A stretch of DNA of 64,000 nucleotides from the NCBI GenBank assembly GCA_013265495.1, contig MU062380.1, positions 6,948,542-7,012,541 of the forward strand. The letters run 5' to 3'. This document shows positions 62,231 to 64,000 of this stretch, piece after piece (positions within the stretch are counted from its first letter, which is position 1; every line of letters starts with the position of its first letter). Both the position numbers and the translations under genes were made by a program. Source of the stretch: Vicugna vicugna (Eukaryota). A model generated the notes under the pieces. The model made no database searches. It was given only the letters and a program-made list of their open reading frames with translations, and was not told where the DNA came from.

Positions 62231-62319
62231 TGTTTACATTGTGGGTTTTGACTAGTTATCACTTCTGGTTGGGCATGAGAAGATGCAGTTGCTGGTGATG
62301 TCTGTAAGATTAATAACAC

Positions 62320-62560
62320 CAGTTTTAATGTCAGACAGAGTTAGATTTCAACCCTAACTCTGCCACTTGTGACCTATGAATTCTTGAGTAATAAACTTAT
62401 TTTCTCTGACTTTTTAGTCCTCTAAGCTGTAAATGGTTATGAACACAATAATGCCACCCCCTCAAGGCTGTTGTAAAGACCAAATGGAAAATGCACATCA
62501 GTAATGTATGCTGAATGCTCTTTTATATGCTTGTAGTGCCTTACACACCATAAGCATATC
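62320..62560 (+). mobile_element. MIR SINE
   Basis: tcagacagagttagatttcaaccctaactctgccactt...caaggctgttgtaaag. Confidence 0.75.
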
Positions 62561-62629
62561 ATCAATAACATTTTGTATGATTATTGAAAGCCTGACAAAA
62601 TATCTATGTGCATGCCCAGAGAATTACTA

Positions 62630-63330
62630 ATTTGATAGATTTTATATATTTACTTAACAAGTATTCATTGAGTGCCTCCGATAGCTAAATAGAGGGGATG
62701 CAGAGAACAAGACAGTAAAATCTCTGCTTAGGATCCTATCATCTAGATGGGGAAGACAGACTCGTACTCTTACAAAGTGTATTTGAAAGAGACGTGAAAA
62801 GAGAGTGATTGGGGAATGGGAAGAGGTTATTGGTCAGCACAGACCCTCTGAAATGGTACAATTCGAACTAGAAAAGAATAAGCAATGTAAATAGGGAGTA
62901 AGGTAACCATATTTTAAGCAAAAGGAACTGCAAATGCAAAGGCTCTGAGGTAGAAACTAGCCTGATAAGGAAGGCAAGGGTGTCTGGAGCAAGTGAGCAA
63001 GAATGGATTGATAGAATATGAGGTCTAAGAGTTAGTAAGAGGTAAGATCACATGTGAGCTTTATAGGTTATGGTGAGAGTTTGGATTTTATGCTAAATGT
63101 ATCGTAAAGGCATCAGATTTTTAGAGCTAGTGAGGATGGTGTGATTTACCTTTGTAAAGGTAATTCTGTCTGCTGAGAAGACAGAGATGGTGGTAGCTTA
63201 TACCAGGATTACCTAAGTGTATCCTAGGGCAGTAGCAATGGAGAGGAAGGGAAGGGAAATATACATGGAATATATTTGGGGAGTAGGATTGCTGATGAAT
63301 TTCACAGATTTTTTAGTAAGAAATGAAGGA
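62630..63330 (-). mobile_element. L2 fossil
   Basis: aacaagtattcattgagtgcc...aacaagacagtaaaatctctgc...gcaaatgcaaaggctctgagg resembles reverse L2. Confidence 0.75.
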
Positions 63331-63799
63331 TGACTTGAAAATAATTTATTCTAAAAAATATTTGTCTTTTTTTTAATGCTGTATTAGCCCCTCTCTTAAT
63401 CAGCTTGAACCAAATCAACTCAAAAGTCAGCCACAGTATTTTATTCAAGGCAATGTTCTGGCTTATTCAAACCATATTTTGGCTCATACCAAAGCCTAAC
63501 CCTCCTACCAAGGGTTTTCAAAAACCTTAGAAATGGGAGGAATTTGTAACAGAAAAGAGTTGGGAATGCCCTAATTGAGAAGGAAAACTCACCTTGGATA
63601 CCATGTGTTGTTATTTTACTGTGCGATAGGCACTGTGCTTTGGATTTATTTAAATTATATCATTTAGTTCATTTGACAGCGCTATTAAATGAAATATAAA
63701 CTCCATTATAGTAGGATTTTCACTATTTTCATCAAAATGTAACATGAGCCCTTAGAATAACACCTAGCCAGATGCTAAAAAATATGTGTTGAATTAATT

Positions 63800-63935
63800 A
63801 ATTAGATAGGTATTACCATCCTCAATTTAAATGTGGAAACTGAGACTCACTGAGTTTCAGTCAACTGCTCAGATTCTCAGAGGTTATGTAACAGAGCCGG
63901 AATTTGAATTCATTAAGTATTCTTCTGCACTTCCT
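63800..63935 (-). mobile_element. MIR fragment
   Basis: gaaactgagactcactgagtttcagtcaactgctcag...agagccggaatttgaa. Confidence 0.7.
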
Positions 63936-64000
63936 GCAGTTGATTGGACAAAAAGGCAAATGCTAATCTTTGAAATCTCCATTCTGAGGCTTCCTGTTCT

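Noticed and set aside
1-64000. tRNA, rRNA, snRNA, 7SL/Y RNA, miRNA, processed pseudogene, CRISPR or prokaryotic systems
   Set aside because: No matching sequence, long hairpin, polyA-tailed mRNA remnant or spacer-repeat array seen; the DNA is mammalian non-coding

Overview
Mammalian nuclear DNA: AT-rich, CpG-depleted and about half interspersed repeats. It is most likely a camelid (cetartiodactyl), inferred from the style of the young LINE-1 3' ends and the absence of Alu, Bov-tA/ART2A, CHR, PRE or SINEC elements. I recognise no protein-coding gene, RNA gene or processed pseudogene. Nearly all ORFs in the track are chance or repeat-derived. The only protein-level homologies I recognise are LINE-1 ORF2 (21.1-21.9 kb, minus) and CR1/L3 reverse-transcriptase fossils (15.3-16.1 kb; 50.8-55.3 kb). 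The window contains several 5'-truncated L1s with clear target-site duplications, two ERV1-type solo LTRs, MaLR/ERVL LTRs, MER5/MER3 hAT MITEs, many L2/MIR fossils, microsatellites and four short N-runs. Repeat-free blocks between them look like conserved non-coding or enhancer sequence. Repeat orientation suggests, by inference only, a long intron of a plus-strand transcription unit. The best leads are a 48-nt frame-preserving candidate exon at 49233-49280 and a phase-compatible candidate first exon at 33534-33563. I did not find a convincing novel biological system. Repeat family names come from recalled consensus sequences rather than a database search, and boundaries without a TSD are approximate.
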